DNA from: Macrostomum lignano
Taxonomy: Eukaryota
Length of the DNA stretch: 64,000 bases
Assembly: GCA_002269645.1 (NCBI GenBank)
Contig: NIVC01001172.1
Span: 66,507-130,506 of the forward strand
Direction: 5' to 3'
Shown here: positions 12,669 to 25,833 of the stretch, piece by piece
Position numbering within the stretch: the stretch's first letter is position 1
Layout: each line of letters begins with the position of its first letter
Notes under the pieces: generated by a model
The model's database searches: none
Seen by the model: only the letters and a program-made list of their open reading frames with translations
Told to the model about the DNA's origin: nothing
Position numbers and translations under genes: made by a program

Positions 12669-13344
12669 GCTGCTGGGAGGGGAGTGGCGGTACAGAGGCA
12701 GAGAATGAGGCATAGACATTTTGATTGATTGACATTGCTGCATCTGTCAAAAAATAATCAACAATAACAGTGATAAATAACAAAGAAAGCACAGCGTGGA
12801 GTGAGATGATGACCCCAGTAAAATTTGAAAATAACTTTGCGGTTAAGTCCCTCGCTTTGTTCATCTCGAACCACCCCCTCCTCCCTCTACTCATTCATTC
12901 ACTCAAGTCACTTTGCCGGCAAAATATGCGTGACTTCAACCCTTGGAGCTAAAAATAGTTATATGACATACGGCTGGTATGGTATTGTAGTTAGAGCTCT
13001 GAGTTGGGGTCTGGGCGTGAAATGAGTAAAGAGGCTGCTGACCCGCCAGGGCCCCCAGCTCGGGTCAGCGTGACTGACACCCTGCAGGCGGCATTTGCAA
13101 TAATTCTCTGACCCCGCCTGAGACTGAGCCCCTGCTCTGCTCTCCTCTCGCTCTTTCAAGCTGGCCCCAAACGGGTCACTGCAGGGGTCACCTTATCGCT
13201 TTCTTATTTTCTAGTTCTTTTTTCTCTAAAATCTTTATGTTATGCTGTGTTGCCGTTTCATCTGCTACGGGGCACCGCTTAAACTCTGCGGCCTGTTGAG
13301 ATGTTGAGACCGAAAAAGATTGCGGTCTATTATATGAAGACTGA

Positions 13345-13925
13345 CCACTGAAGGATGGCGCCTCACCCCCACTGAAGGATGGCGCCTCACCCCACTGAAG
13401 GATGGCGCCTCACCCCACTGAAGGATGGCGCCTCACCCCCACTGAAGGATGGCGCCTCACCCCCACTGAAGGATGGCGCCTCACCCCCACTGAAGGATGG
13501 CGCCTCACCCCCATTGAAGGATGGCGCCTCACCCCCACTGAAGGATGGCGCCTCACCCCACTGAAGGATGGCGCCTCACCCCCACTGAAGGATGGCGCCT
13601 CACCCCCACTGAAGGATGGCGCCTCACCCCCACTGAAGGATGGCGCCTCACCCCCACTGAAGGATGGCACCTCACCCCCACTGAAGGATGGCGCCTCACC
13701 CCACTGAAGGATGGCGCCTCACCCCACTGAAGGATGGCGCCTCACCCCCACTGAAGGATGGCGCCTCACCCCCACTGAAGGATGGCGCCTCACCCCACTG
13801 AAGGATGGCGCCTCACCCCACTGAAGGATGGCGCCTCACCCCACTGAAGGATGGCGCCTCACCCCCACTGAAGGATGGCGCCTCACCCCATTGAAGGGTG
13901 GCGCCTCACTCCCACTGAAGGATGA
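13345..13925. repeat. 22/23-bp minisatellite (CCCCACTGAAGGATGGCGCCTCA), about 25 copies
   Basis: Tandem repeat that decays into the sequence just upstream of the acceptor at 13966. Confidence 0.97.
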
Positions 13926-13966
13926 CTGCTTGCCCCTGAAGGACAGCGCCTCGCCCCCAATCGCAG

Positions 13967-14110
13967 TTCGCTCCCCGCGCTTCCCAGAGCCAAGGCGCGG
14001 CACACCGGCACGCAGACACCTGTCCATTTCGCCAAGCAGGCAGCAGGAATTGGGAAAAATGGGTCAGTTCGAATGTAGCGCAGCGGGACGGGCAATCCTA
14101 GAAGGGAGGG
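13967..14110 (+). CDS. Candidate symmetric (phase 1-1) 144-nt exon of the RasGAP gene (RSPRFPEPRRGTPARRHLSISPSRQQ...EGR)
   Basis: Acceptor CCAATCGCAG and donor AGGG|GTGAGT; open frame, length a multiple of 3, GC-rich. Confidence 0.45.
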
Positions 14111-14372
14111 GTGAGTCACCGCAGTCCACTTCAGCTGCATGCCTGCCCAGCCTCCCGTCTACATCAGACCGCAAAGTGCGCGCTAAAAAGCAGTGAAATA
14201 TCGTATATTTTGTGCAAAAATTGAAAATTCTCATATTTTCAGACGTAGCAGAATTTTTCTACGCGTAATATCTTTTCTCCCATTAAAATGTCGAAGTTTT
14301 TGGACGCAAATTTTATCTGAAATCCTCGAAGTGCGCAAATTCAGTCGATTTTTAAAATGGACGGAGACTGGA

Positions 14373-14740
14373 ACTGACTGACTGACTGACTGACTGACTG
14401 ACTGACTGACTGACTGACTGACTGACTGACTGACTGACTGACTGACTGACTGACTGACTGACTGACTGACTGACTGACTGACTGACTGACTGACTGACTG
14501 ACTGACTGACTGACTGACTGACTGACTGACTGACTGACTGACTGACTGACTGACTGACTGACTGACTGACTGACTGACTGACTGACTGACTGACTGACTG
14601 ACTGACTGACTGACTGACTGACTGACTGACTGACTGACTGACTGACTGACTGACTGACTGACTGACTGACTGACTGACTGACTGACTGACTGACTGACTG
14701 ACTGACTGACTGACTGACTGACTGACTGACTGACTGACTG
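14373..14740. repeat. Perfect (ACTG)n microsatellite, about 92 copies
   Basis: Uninterrupted tetranucleotide run. Confidence 0.99.
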
Positions 14741-14741
14741 A

Positions 14742-15558
14742 GTCTCTCGCCTGTCTCTCCCTGTCTCTCCCTGTCTCTCCCTGTCTATTTCTGTCTATCC
14801 CTGTCTCTCCCCTGTCTCTCCCCTGTCTATCCCTGTCTATCCCTGTCTCTCCCTGTCTATCCCTGTCTCTCCCCTGTCTCTCGCCTGTCTATCCCTGTCT
14901 ATCCCTGTCTATCCCTGTCTATCCCTGTCTCTCCCTGTCTCTCGCCTGTCTATCCCTGTCTATCCCTGTCTATCCCTGTCTATCCCTGTCTCTCCCTGTC
15001 TATCCCTGTCTCTCGCCTGTCTCTCCCTGTCTATCCCTGTCTCTCCCTGTCTCTCCCTGTCTATCCCTGTCTGTCCCTGTCTCTTCCTGTCTGTCCCTGT
15101 CTCTCCCTGTCTCTCCCTGTCTCTCCCTGTCTCTCCCTGTCTCTCCCTGTCTCTCCCTGTCTCTCCCTGTCTCTCCCTGTCTCTCCCTGTCTCTCCCTGT
15201 CTCTCCCTGTCTCTCCCTGTCTCTCCCTGTCTCTCCCTGTCTCTCCCTGTCTCTCCCTGTCTCTCCCTGTCTCTCCCTGTCTCTCCCTGTCTCTCCCTGT
15301 CTCTCCCTGTCTCTCCCTGTCTCTCCCTGTCTCTCCCTGTCTCTCCCTGTCTCTCCCTGTCTCTCCCTGTCTCTCCCTGTCTATCCCTGTCTCTCCCTGT
15401 CTATCCCTGTCTCTCCCTGTCTCTCGCCTGTCTATCCCTGTCTCTCCCTGTCTCTCCCTGTCTCTCCCTGTCTCTCCCTGTCTCTCCCTGTCTCTCCCTG
15501 TCTATCCCTGTCTCTCCCTGTCTCTCCCTGTCTCTCACTGTCTGTCCCTGTCTGTCCC
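14742..15558. repeat. 10-bp minisatellite (CTCTCCCTGT)n
   Basis: Tandem array directly abutting the ACTG run. Confidence 0.97.
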
Positions 15559-15678
15559 AGCAGCACTCCCGACCCATCAAGTCCCCATATCAGCTGTTGG
15601 GGCTGCAGTAGCCGGTCATTATTCAGCCGTATTTTTTCGCCGCGTCTTAATTACAAAAAAGAACCAGGCGCATCGTGT

Positions 15679-15763
15679 ATGAACCAGGCTGGAGGGCCGA
15701 AGGAGGCGAAAAAGGGGAAGATTCCCCAGCCCCCGGACACCGCGACCCGGCTGATTAGCGCAG
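15679..15763 (+). CDS. Candidate alternative first exon (MNQAGGPKEAKKGKIPQPPDTATRLISA)
   Basis: ATG ORF in a GC-rich island ending at CAG|GTGCCG in phase 1. The donor is weak and no homology was recognised. Confidence 0.25.
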
Positions 15764-16097
15764 GTGCCGAGCCGCAGACTCCACCACCACCGCTCCCCTT
15801 CATCCTGTCGAATTTTCTCCCAACTACGATTTTTTACCCTGGCCAGAATTTCCGCCCGCTAACCTGCCTGCCGGCCCATCTCCTAACCCCTCTGAATATG
15901 AACTGGGTGAATTCACTCCTGCCTTGGTTGGAGAATTTGCAGTGCTGGATCCCCCCAGTCAACCTGACACCCCCCCCCCCGATCCTCAGGTCCAATCCAT
16001 GGAAACCTTTGATACAAATATCTGGCCTAGGGAAAATCGCCATGTATGGCTCTGCATTATCTGCCAATCACTCCATTTACCTTGTCAACCCCATGCA

Positions 16098-16485
16098 TTT
16101 GGCTACCCTTTTTTCTACCCTTTTTTCTACCCTTTTGTCTACCCTTTTGTCTACCCTTTTGTCTAACATTTTGTCTACCCTTTTGTCTAACATTTTTTCT
16201 ACCCTTTTGTCTACCCCATTTGGCTACCCTTTTGTCTACGCTTTTGTCTACCATTTTGTCTACCCTTTTGTCTACCCCATTTGGCTACCCTTTTGGCTAC
16301 CCTTTTGTCTGCCCTTTTGTCTACCCTTTTGTCTACCCCATTTGGCTACCCTTTTGTCTACCCTTTTGTCTACGCTTCTGTCTACCCTTTTGGCTACCCT
16401 TTTGTCTACCCTTTTGTCTACGCTTCTGTCTACCCTATTTGTCTACCCTTTTGTCTACCCCCTGTCTATCTCCTTGTCTACACCT
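16098..16485. repeat. 12-bp minisatellite (CTACCCTTTTGT)
   Basis: Tandem repeat seen directly. Confidence 0.93.
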
Positions 16486-17134
16486 TTTTGTATTTTTCGT
16501 TTTTAAGCTGAGAGGAAATAAAAGAAAATATCTATTAAAATTTTAGCAGTCGGTGTTGACAGTTTATTAATATTAACAAAAATACAATATAAAAATTCAC
16601 CCAATCTGAAGCAGACATTTTTTTAATCTGACCATTTTTGTCCATATGCAGTTTCTAAAAAGCATTCTCTAGAAGTATAGAAACCCATGTGTAGCCCTAA
16701 TCCCCCTGACTAATACCCATATCAGGGCAAAGGGGGTTGTGCTTGTAGTCAGAGCGGAACAGAGCGAATGAATTGAGTGTGAGAGACAGGCAGAGGGGGT
16801 TTAAGCCCGGCTTCGTTGGCACACGGAACAGGTGGGGGATCGGCTCTCTCCCGTTCTCCCAGTTCCCCTCTCCTCCTCTCCTTTTCATCCCCATACCGAC
16901 CGACTTCCTTTCACTTCAGGTTTTTCATGTCGAACTGATTCCGGGCGCGGTTCTGAGCCACCTACACCCGTTAAAAGCAGATCTTAGCCGATTCTTTTTC
17001 GAAATGAACCCCGACCCCTGATCACCGATCTGCGCTTAAAACCGAAGCCCCAGCTTCCCTTGTAAGAAATCTTCGCACATTTCGCAAATTGTTTTTCTGA
17101 TACTGTTTTTGGGAATTGCTTTCGCTCGCATGAC

Positions 17135-18865
17135 CTCCCTCTCATTGTCTCCCTCTCATTGTCTCCCTCTCATTGTCTCCCTCTCATTGTCTCCCTCTCA
17201 TTGTCTCCCTCTCATTGTCTCCCTCTCATTGTCTCCCTCTCATTGTCTCCCTCTCATTGTCTCCCTCTCATTGTCTCCCTCTCATTGTCTCCCTATCATT
17301 GTCTCCCTCTCATTGTCTCCCTCTCATTGTCTCCCTCTCATTGTCTCCCTCTCATTGTCTCCCTCTCATTGTCTCCCTCTCAATGTCTCCCTCTCATTGT
17401 CTTGTTCTCAGTATCTCCCTCTTATTGTCTCCCTCTCCCAGTGTTTCCCTCTCTCAGTGTTTCCCTCGTTCAGTGCCTCAATCTCTCAGTGTCTCCCTCT
17501 CAGTATCTCCCTCCCTCTCATTGTCTCCCTCTCATTGTCTCTCTCTCTCAGTGTTTCCCTCGCTCATTGTCTCACTCTCTCAGTATCTCCCTCTCATTGT
17601 ATCCCTCTCATTGTCTCCCTCTCATTGTCTCTCTCTCTCAGTGTTTCCCTCGCTCATTGTCTCACTCTCTCAGTATCTCCCTCTCATTGTCTCCCTCTCA
17701 TTGTCTCCCCTCTCATTGTCTCCCCTCTCAGTATCTCCCTCTCATTGTCTCCCCTCTCATTGTCTCTCCTCTCATTGTCTCCCCTCTCATTGTCTCCCCT
17801 CTCATTGTCTCCCCTCTCATTGTCTCCCCTCTCATTGTCTCCCCTCTCATTGTCTCCCCTCTCATTGTCTCCCCTCTCATTGTCTCCCTCTCATTGTCGC
17901 CCTCTCATTGTCTCCCTCTCATTGTCTCCCTCTCATTGTCTCCCTCTCATTGTCTCCCTCTCATTGTCTCCCTCTCATTGTCTCCCTCTCATTGTCTCCC
18001 TCTCATTGTCTCCCTCTCATTGTCTCCCACTCATTGTCTCCCTCTCATTGTCTCCCTCTCATTGTCTCCCTCTCATTGTCTCCCTCTCATTGTCTCCCTC
18101 TCAATGTCTCCCTCTCATTGTCTTGTTCTCAGTATCTCCCTCTTATTGTCTCCCTCTCCCAGTGTTTCCCTCTCTCAGTGTTTCCCTCGTTCAGTGCCTC
18201 AATCTCTCAGTGTCTCCCTCTCAGTATCTCCCTCCCTCTCATTGTCTCCCTCTCATTGTCTCTCTCTCTCAGTGTTTCCCTCGCTCATTGTCTCACTCTC
18301 TCAGTATCTCCCTCTCATTGTATCCCTCTCATTGTCTCCCTCTCATTGTCTCTCTCTCTCAGTGTTTCCCTCGCTCATTGTCTCACTCTCTCAGTATCTC
18401 CCTCTCATTGTCTCCCTCTCATTGTCTCCCCTCTCATTGTCTCCCCTCTCAGTATCTCCCTCTCATTGTCTCCCCTCTCAATGTCTCCCTCTCATTGTCT
18501 TGTTCTCAGTATCTCCCTCTTATTGTCTCCCTCTCCCAGTGTTTCCCTCTCTCAGTGTTTCCCTCGTTCAGTGCCTCAATCTCTCAGTGTCTCCCTCTCA
18601 GTATCTCCCTCCCTCTCATTGTCTCCCTCTCATTGTCTCTCTCTCTCAGTGTTTCCCTCGCTCATTGTCTCACTCTCTCAGTATCTCCCTCTCATTGTAT
18701 CCCTCTCACTGTCTCCCCTCTTATTATCTCCACTCTCATTGTCTCCCCCTCTCATTGTCTCCCCTCTCATTGTCTCCCCTCTCATTGTCTCCCCTCTCAT
18801 TGTCTCCCCTCTCATTGTCTCCCCCTTTCATTGTCTCCTGTCTCACTGTCTCCTTCTCATTGTAA
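17135..18865. repeat. Pyrimidine satellite (TCTCATTGTCTCCC / TCTCAGTGTCTCCC, 14-15 bp) with higher-order blocks
   Basis: Tandem array; the diagnostic block CAATGTCTCCCTCTCATTGTCTTGTTCTCAG recurs at about 17381, 18102 and 18479. Confidence 0.97.
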
Positions 18866-19544
18866 TTAATCTGCTTATTCACATTGAGTGTCACTCAGAA
18901 CTTTCCCGGCAGACCCTACCCCAGAGTAGAGCAGGTAAATTGAAATAATTCATGCCCATCTGAGACAGCTCTCAAGTCCTAGTCGGGCAGGAGAGCTCAG
19001 ATGAGTAGCAGATGTATCACAGCTACTCTGCCCTATTTGCAGATGATCTCCGGGTGAGAGCCAAGGCAGTCCCGATCCCCTTCCTTCCTTAGAATTTCAT
19101 CCAACTCGTCTCAATTTGGGTCCGCGGCAGTCCACTTGAGTGCTCAAGCTGAGGCTGGGAGGACATGAGACGTGCCAAATAGGAGGGGTAGAGGGGTACC
19201 TCACCGGATTCCCAGGGCAATAGGGGGAGGGAAATCCCGCTTCTCTGACTGAAGTTCAGCGGCCAGGTAACTCACTTCACTAAACTAAAAGCAGAGCGAA
19301 ACCTGCTTCTGGGGTGAGTCATGCTTGCCCGACCGAGGGTTGGCGGCAGAACTGCATTTCCTCCACCATTTTCTGTCACGCCTGCAGTCTTCCCTGCCTC
19401 AGCGATTCTTGCATTCTTATCGACTTGGCTGGCTAACCATTGTCTCACCTTGGTTAGGTAGGCTGCGCTCTATAGTTGCAAATTTTCATGATTGAGCTGT
19501 GGGCTGGGGATGTAGCGATTGAAGATTGAGTGTGAGACAAGGAG

Positions 19545-22500
19545 AGAGGGGAGACACTGAGGGGAAGACACTGAGGGGGACACTCTGAGGGGGAGACACT
19601 GAGGGGGAGACACTGAGGGGGAGACACTGAGTGGGAGGCACTGAGTGGGAGACACTGAGTGGGAGACACTGAGTGGGAGACACTGAGTGGGAGACACAGA
19701 AAGAGGGAGACACTGAGAGAGAGGGAGACACTGAGAGAGAGAGAGAGAGACACTGAGAGACGCTGAGAGGAGAGGGAGACACTGAGAGAGAAAGAGACAC
19801 TGAGAGAGAGAGAGACACTGAGAGAGAAAGAGACACTGAGAGAGGGGGAGACACTGAAAGGAGAGGGAGACACTGAGAGAGAGAGACACTGAGAGAGAGA
19901 GACACTGAGAGAGAGAGAGAGAGACACTGAGAGACGCTGAGAGGAGAGGGAGACACTGAGAGAGAAAGAGACACTGAGAGAGAAAGAGACACTGAGAGAG
20001 AGAGAGACACTGAGAGAGAAAGAGACACTGAGAGAGAAAGAGACACTGAGAGAGAGGGAGACACTGAGAGAGAGGGAGACACTGAGAGAGAGGGAGACAC
20101 TGAGAGAGAGAGAGACACTGAGAGGGAGAGAGAGACACTGAGAGAGAGAGAGAGACACTGAGAGACGCTGAGAGGAGAGGGAGACACTGAGAGAGAGAGA
20201 GAGACACTGAGAGAGAAAGAGACACTGAGAGAGATGGAGACACTGAGATAGAGGGAGACACTGAGAGAGAGGGAGACACTGAGAGAGAGAGAGACACTGA
20301 GAGAGAACGAGACACTGAGAGAGAGGGAGACACTGAGAGGAGAGGGAGACACTGAGAGAGAAAGAGACACTGAGAGAGAAAGAGACACTGAGAGAGAGGG
20401 AGACACTGAGAGAGAGGGAGACACTGAGAGAGAGGGAGACACTGAGAGAGAGGGAGACACTGAGAGAGAGAGAGACACTGAGAGAGAAAGAGACACTGAG
20501 AGAGAGAGAGAGACACTGAGAGAGAGAGAGAGACACTGAGAGAGAGGGAGACACTGAGAGAGAGGGAGACACTGAGAGGAGAGGGAGACACTGAGAGAGA
20601 GAGAGACACTGAGAGAGAAAGAGACACTGAGAGAGAAAGAGACACTGAGAGAGAAAGAGACACTGAGAGAGAGAGAGAGAGACACTGAGAGAGAGAGAGA
20701 GACACTGAGAGAGAGAGAGAGACACTGAGAGACGCTGAGAGGAGAGGGAGACACTGAGAGAGAGAGAGAGACACTGAGAGAGAAAGAGACACTGAGAGAG
20801 ATGGAGACACTGAGAGAGAGGGAGACACTGAGAGGAGAGGGAGACACTGAGAGGAGAGGGAGACACTGAGAGAGAGGGAGACACTGAGAGGAGAGGGAGA
20901 CACTGAGAGGAGAGGGAGACACTGAGAGGAGAGGGAGACACTGAGAGGAGAGGGTGACAATGAGAGAGGGGGAGACACTGAGAGAGAGGGAGACACTGAG
21001 AGAGAGAGAGGAAGACACTGAGAGAGAGGAAGACACTGAGAGAGAAGGAGACACTGAGGGGGAGACACTGAGACAGGGAGACACTTAGAGAGGGACACAC
21101 TGAGAGAGATGGAGACACTGAGAGGAGAGGGAGACACTGAGAGGAGAGGGAGACACTGAGAGGAGAGGGAGATACTGAGAGGAGAGGGAGACACTGAGAG
21201 GAGAGGGAGACACTGAGAGGAGAGGGAGAAACTGAGAGAGAGGGAGACACTGAGAGAGGGGGAGACACTGAGAGAGGGGGAGACACTGAGAGGAGAGGGA
21301 GACACTGAGAGGGAGAGAGAGACACTGAGAGAGAGAGAGAGAGACACTGAGAGACGCTGAGAGGAGAGGGAGACACTGAGAGAGAGAGAGAGACACTGAG
21401 AGAGAAAGAGACACTGAGAGAGATGGAGACACTGAGAGAGAGGGAGACACTGAGAGAGAGGGAGACACTGAGAGAGAGAGAGAGAGAGAGACACTGAGAG
21501 ACGCTGAGAGGAGAGGGAGACACTGAGAGAGAAAGAGACACTGAGAGAGAGAGAGACACTGAGAGAGAAAGAGACACTGAGAGAGGGGAGACACTGAAAG
21601 GAGAGGGAGACACTGAGAGAGAGAGAGACACTGAGAGAGAGAAAGACACTGAGAGAGAGAGAGAGAGACACTGAGAGACGCTGAGAGGAGAGGGAGACAC
21701 TGAGAGAGAAAGAGACACTGAGAGAGAAAGAGACACTGAGAGAGAGAGAGACACTGAGAGAGAAAGAGACACTGAGAGAGAAAGAGACACTGAGAGAGAG
21801 GGAGACACTGAGAGAGAGGGAGACACTGAGAGAGAGGGAGACACTGAGAGAGAGAGAGACACTGAGAGGGAGAGAGAGAGACACTGAGAGACGCTGAGAG
21901 GAGAGGGAGACACTGAGAGAGAGAGAGAGAGACACTGAGAGAGAAAGAGACACTGAGAGAGATGGAGACACTGAGAGAGAGGGAGACACTGAGAGAGAGG
22001 GAGACACTGAGAGAGAGAGAGAGAGACACTGAGAGACGCTGAGAGGAGAGGGAGACACTGAGAGAGAAAGAGACACTGAGAGAGAGAGAGACACTGAGAG
22101 AGAAAGAGACACTGAGAGAGGGGGAGACACTGAAAGGAGAGGGAGACACTGAGAGAGAGAGACACTGAGAGAGAGAGAGACACTGAGAGAGAGAGAGAGA
22201 CACTGAGAGACGCTGAGAGGAGAGGGAGACACTGAGAGAGAAAGAGACACTGAGAGAGAAAGAGACACTGAGAGAGAAAGAGACACTGAGAGAGAAAGAG
22301 ACACTGAGAGAGAAAGAGACACTGAGAGAGAGGGAGACACTGAGAGAGAGGGAGACACTGAGAGAGAGGGAGACACTGAGAGAGAGAGAGACACTGAGAG
22401 GGAGAGAGAGACACTGAGAGAGAGAGAGAGAGAGACACTGAGAGACGCTGAGAGGAGAGGGAGACACTGAGAGAGAGAGAGAGACACTGAGAGAGAAAGA

Positions 22501-23802
22501 GACACTGAGAGAGATGGAGACACTGAGATAGAGGGAGACACTGAGAGAGAGGGAGACACTGAGAGAGAGAGAGACACTGAGAGAGAACGAGACACTGAGA
22601 GAGAGGGAGACACTGAGAGGAGAGGGAGACACTGAGAGAGAGAGAGACACTGAGAGAGAAAGAGACACTGAGAGAGAAAGAGACACTGAGAGAGAGGGAG
22701 ACACTGAGAGAGAGGGAGACACTGAGAGAGAGGGAGACACTGAGAGAGAGGGAGACACTGAGAGAGAGAGAGACACTGAGAGAGAAAGAGACACTGAGAG
22801 AGAAAGAGACACTGAGAGAGAGAGAGAGACACTGAGAGAGAGAGAGAGACACTGAGAGAGAGGGAGACACTGAGAGAGAGGGAGACACTGAGAGGAGAGG
22901 GAGACACTGAGAGAGAGAGAGACACTGAGAGAGAAAGAGACACTGAGAGAGAAAGAGACACTGAGAGAGAAAGAGACACTGAGAGAGAGAGAGAGAGACA
23001 CTGAGAGAGAGAGAGAGACACTGAGAGAGAGAGAGAGACACTGAGAGACGCTGAGAGGAGAGGGAGACACTGAGAGAGAGAGAGAGACACTGAGAGAGAA
23101 AGAGACACTGAGAGAGATGGAGACACTGAGAGAGAGGGAGACACTGAGAGGAGAGGGAGACACTGAGAGGAGAGGGAGACACTGAGAGAGAGGGAGACAC
23201 TGAGAGGAGAGGGAGACACTGAGAGGAGAGGGAGACACTGAGAGGAGAGGGAGACACTGAGAGGAGAGGGTGACACTGAGAGAGGGGGAGACACTGAGAG
23301 AGAGGGAGACACTGAGAGAGAGAGAGGAAGACACTGAGAGAGAGGAAGACACTGAGAGAGAAGGAGACACTGAGGGGGAGACACTGAGACAGGGAGACAC
23401 TGAGAGGAGAGGGAGACACTGAGAGGAGAGGGAGACACTGAGAGGAGAGGGTGACACTGAGAGAGGGGGAGACACTGAGAGAGAGGGAGACACTGAGAGA
23501 GAGAGAGGAAGACACTGAGAGAGAGGAAGACACTGAGAGAGAAGGAGACACTGAGGGGGAGACACTGAGACAGGGAGACACTTAGAGAGGGACACACTGA
23601 GAGAGATGGAGACACTGAGAGGAGAGGGAGACACTGAGAGGAGAGGGAGACACTGAGAGGAGAGGGAGATACTGAGAGGAGAGGGAGACACTGAGAGGAG
23701 AGGGAGACACTGAGAGGAGAGGGAGAAACTGAGAGAGAGGGAGACACTGAGAGAGGGGGAGACACTGAGAGAGGGGGAGACACTGAGAGGAGAGGGAGAC
23801 AA
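19545..23802. repeat. 4.2-kb purine satellite (GGGAGACACTGAGAGA-type) with higher-order duplication
   Basis: Tandem array whose unit is the reverse complement of a unit in 17135-18865. Rare variants recur at about 2.3-2.5 kb spacing. Confidence 0.98.
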
Positions 23803-24367
23803 GATAGGAAGGGTACAAGATGATCAATTAAAATTGCAAAGTAAAACTAGCCAAAATACTTGAATGCAATGAAAAGTCAGACATGTAATATAGAGGCCTA
23901 TAAACTATCCTGTACAAATGTTGAGCTCAGAGACCCCCAGACAGCCAGTCTCTCTTGTCTAGCGCGCGTTCTGACAAAACAAACCGCGCCATGCCAGTTT
24001 AAGACGGGAAATGCTTTGTGTCCTCGCGCGGCCACTAGCAGCTCGGGCTCGACTTTGTTGGCCCTAAGCAAACAGACCAGAGTTTCAGACTGCGCCCATA
24101 CCAATGCCTGGGCTGCAGTGCAGCACTGCAACGCCTCCTGTGCCTGCTGCGGGCCGTGCATGATCTGGGGGCATTGCTGCGAGATGCTTTCAAGTTCTCA
24201 GTTGCTGCCCCCAACATGGCCGAACGAATCTGCAATAGATGTGCTGTTAAATGAGACTGACTGGGATGGGGGCACACAGAAACTCGGGAAAATATTGATT
24301 GATTATTGACTGAAATTATAAAAGTGAAAATCGATAATCCATTCATATGGCCAGCAAGGAATCGGAG

Positions 24368-25833
24368 GGGAGGCAGAGAAGGAGGCAGAGAAGAAGGCAG
24401 AGAAGGAGGCAAGAGAAGGAGGCAGAGAAGGAGGCAGAGAAGGAGGTAGAGAAGGAGGCAGAGAAGGAGGCAGAGAAGGAGGCAGAGAAGGGGGCAGAGA
24501 AGGAGGCAGAGAAGGGGGCAGAGAAGGAGGCAGAGAAGGGTGCAGAGAAGGAGGCAGAGAAGGAGGCAGAGAAGGAGGCAGAGAAGGAGGCAGAGGAGGC
24601 AGAGAAGGAGGCAGAGAAGAAGGCAGAGAAGGAGGCAGAGAAGGAGGCAGAGAAGGCAGAGGAGGCAGAGAAGGAGGCAGAGAAGGAGGCAGAGAAGGAG
24701 GCAGAGAAGGAGGCAGAGAAGAAGGCGGAGAAGAAGGCGGAGAAGAAGGCAGAGAAGGAGGCAGAGAAGGAGGCAGAGAAGGAGGCAGAGAAGGAGGCAG
24801 AGAAGGAAACAGAGAAGGAGGCAGAGAAGGAGGCAGAGAAGGAGGCAGAGAAGGAGGCAGAGAAGGAGGCAGAGGAGGCAGAGAAGGAGGCAGAGAAGGA
24901 GGCAGAGAAGGAGGCAGAGGAGGCAGAGAAGGAGGCAGAGGAGGCAGAGAAGGAGGCAGTGGAGGCAGAGAAGGAGGCAGAGGAGGCAGAGAAGGAGGCA
25001 GAGGAGGCAGAGAAGGAGGCAGAGAAGGAGGCAGAGAAGGAGGCAGAGAAGGAGGCAGAGAAGGAGGCAGAGGAGGCAGAGAAGGAGGCAGAGGAGGCAG
25101 AGAAGGAGGCAGAGAAGGAGGCAGAGAAGGAGGCAGAGGAGGCAGAGAAGGAGGCAGAGGAGGCAGAGAAGGAGGCAGTGGAGGCATAGAAGGAGGCAGA
25201 GGAGGCAGAGAAGGAGGCAGAGAAGGAGGCAGAGAAGGAGGCAGAGAAGGAGGCAGAGAAGGAGGCAGAGAAGGAGGCAGAAGAGGCAGAGAAGGAGGCA
25301 GAGGAGGCAGAGAAGGAGGCAGAGAAGGAGGCAGAGAAGGAGGCAGAGAAGGAGGCAGAGAAGGAGGCAGAGAAGGAGGCAGAGAAGGAGGCAGAGAAGG
25401 AGGCAGAGAAGGAGGCAGAGAAGGAGGCAGAGAAGGAGGCAGAGAAGGAGGCAGAGAAGGAGGCAGAGAAGGAGGCAGAGGAGGCAGAGAAGGAGGCAGA
25501 GGAGGCAGAGAAGGAGGCAGAAGAGGCAGAGAAGCAGGCAGAGGAGGCAGAGAAGGAGGCAGAGGAGGCAGAGAAGGAGGCAGAGGAGGCAGAGAAGGAG
25601 GTAGAGGAGGCAGAGAAGGAGGTAGAGGAGGCAGAGAAGGAGGTAGAGGAGGCAGAGAAGGAGGCAGAGGAGGCAGAGAAGGAGGCAGAAGAGGCAGAGA
25701 AGCAGGCAGAGGAGGCAGAGAAGGAGGCAGAGGAGGCAGAGAAGGAGGTAGAGGAGGCAGAGAAGGAGGTAGAGGAGGCAGAGAAGGAGGCAGAGGAGGC
25801 AGAGAAGGAGACAGAGAAAGCAGAGGAGGCAGA
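24368..25833. repeat. Purine minisatellite of mixed 12-bp (GCAGAGAAGGAG) and 9-bp (GCAGAGGAG) units
   Basis: Tandem array seen directly. Confidence 0.97.

Noticed and set aside
11381-12894. Three ORFs of 427-474 aa rich in Cys, Ser and Val
   Set aside because: They are translations of the 20-bp minisatellite, open in several frames, with no domain content.
17109-23827. ORFs of 530-1437 aa rich in Ser and Leu
   Set aside because: They are satellite translations; the pyrimidine strand simply lacks stop codons in all frames.
24347-25833. EAEKEAEK ORF resembling a charged alpha-helical protein, with 9- and 12-bp units that keep frame
   Set aside because: The ATG leads through an Arg-rich frame and a 1-nt slip (about 24411), there is an in-frame TAG at 25187, and there is no unique coding flank. 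It is best read as a minisatellite.
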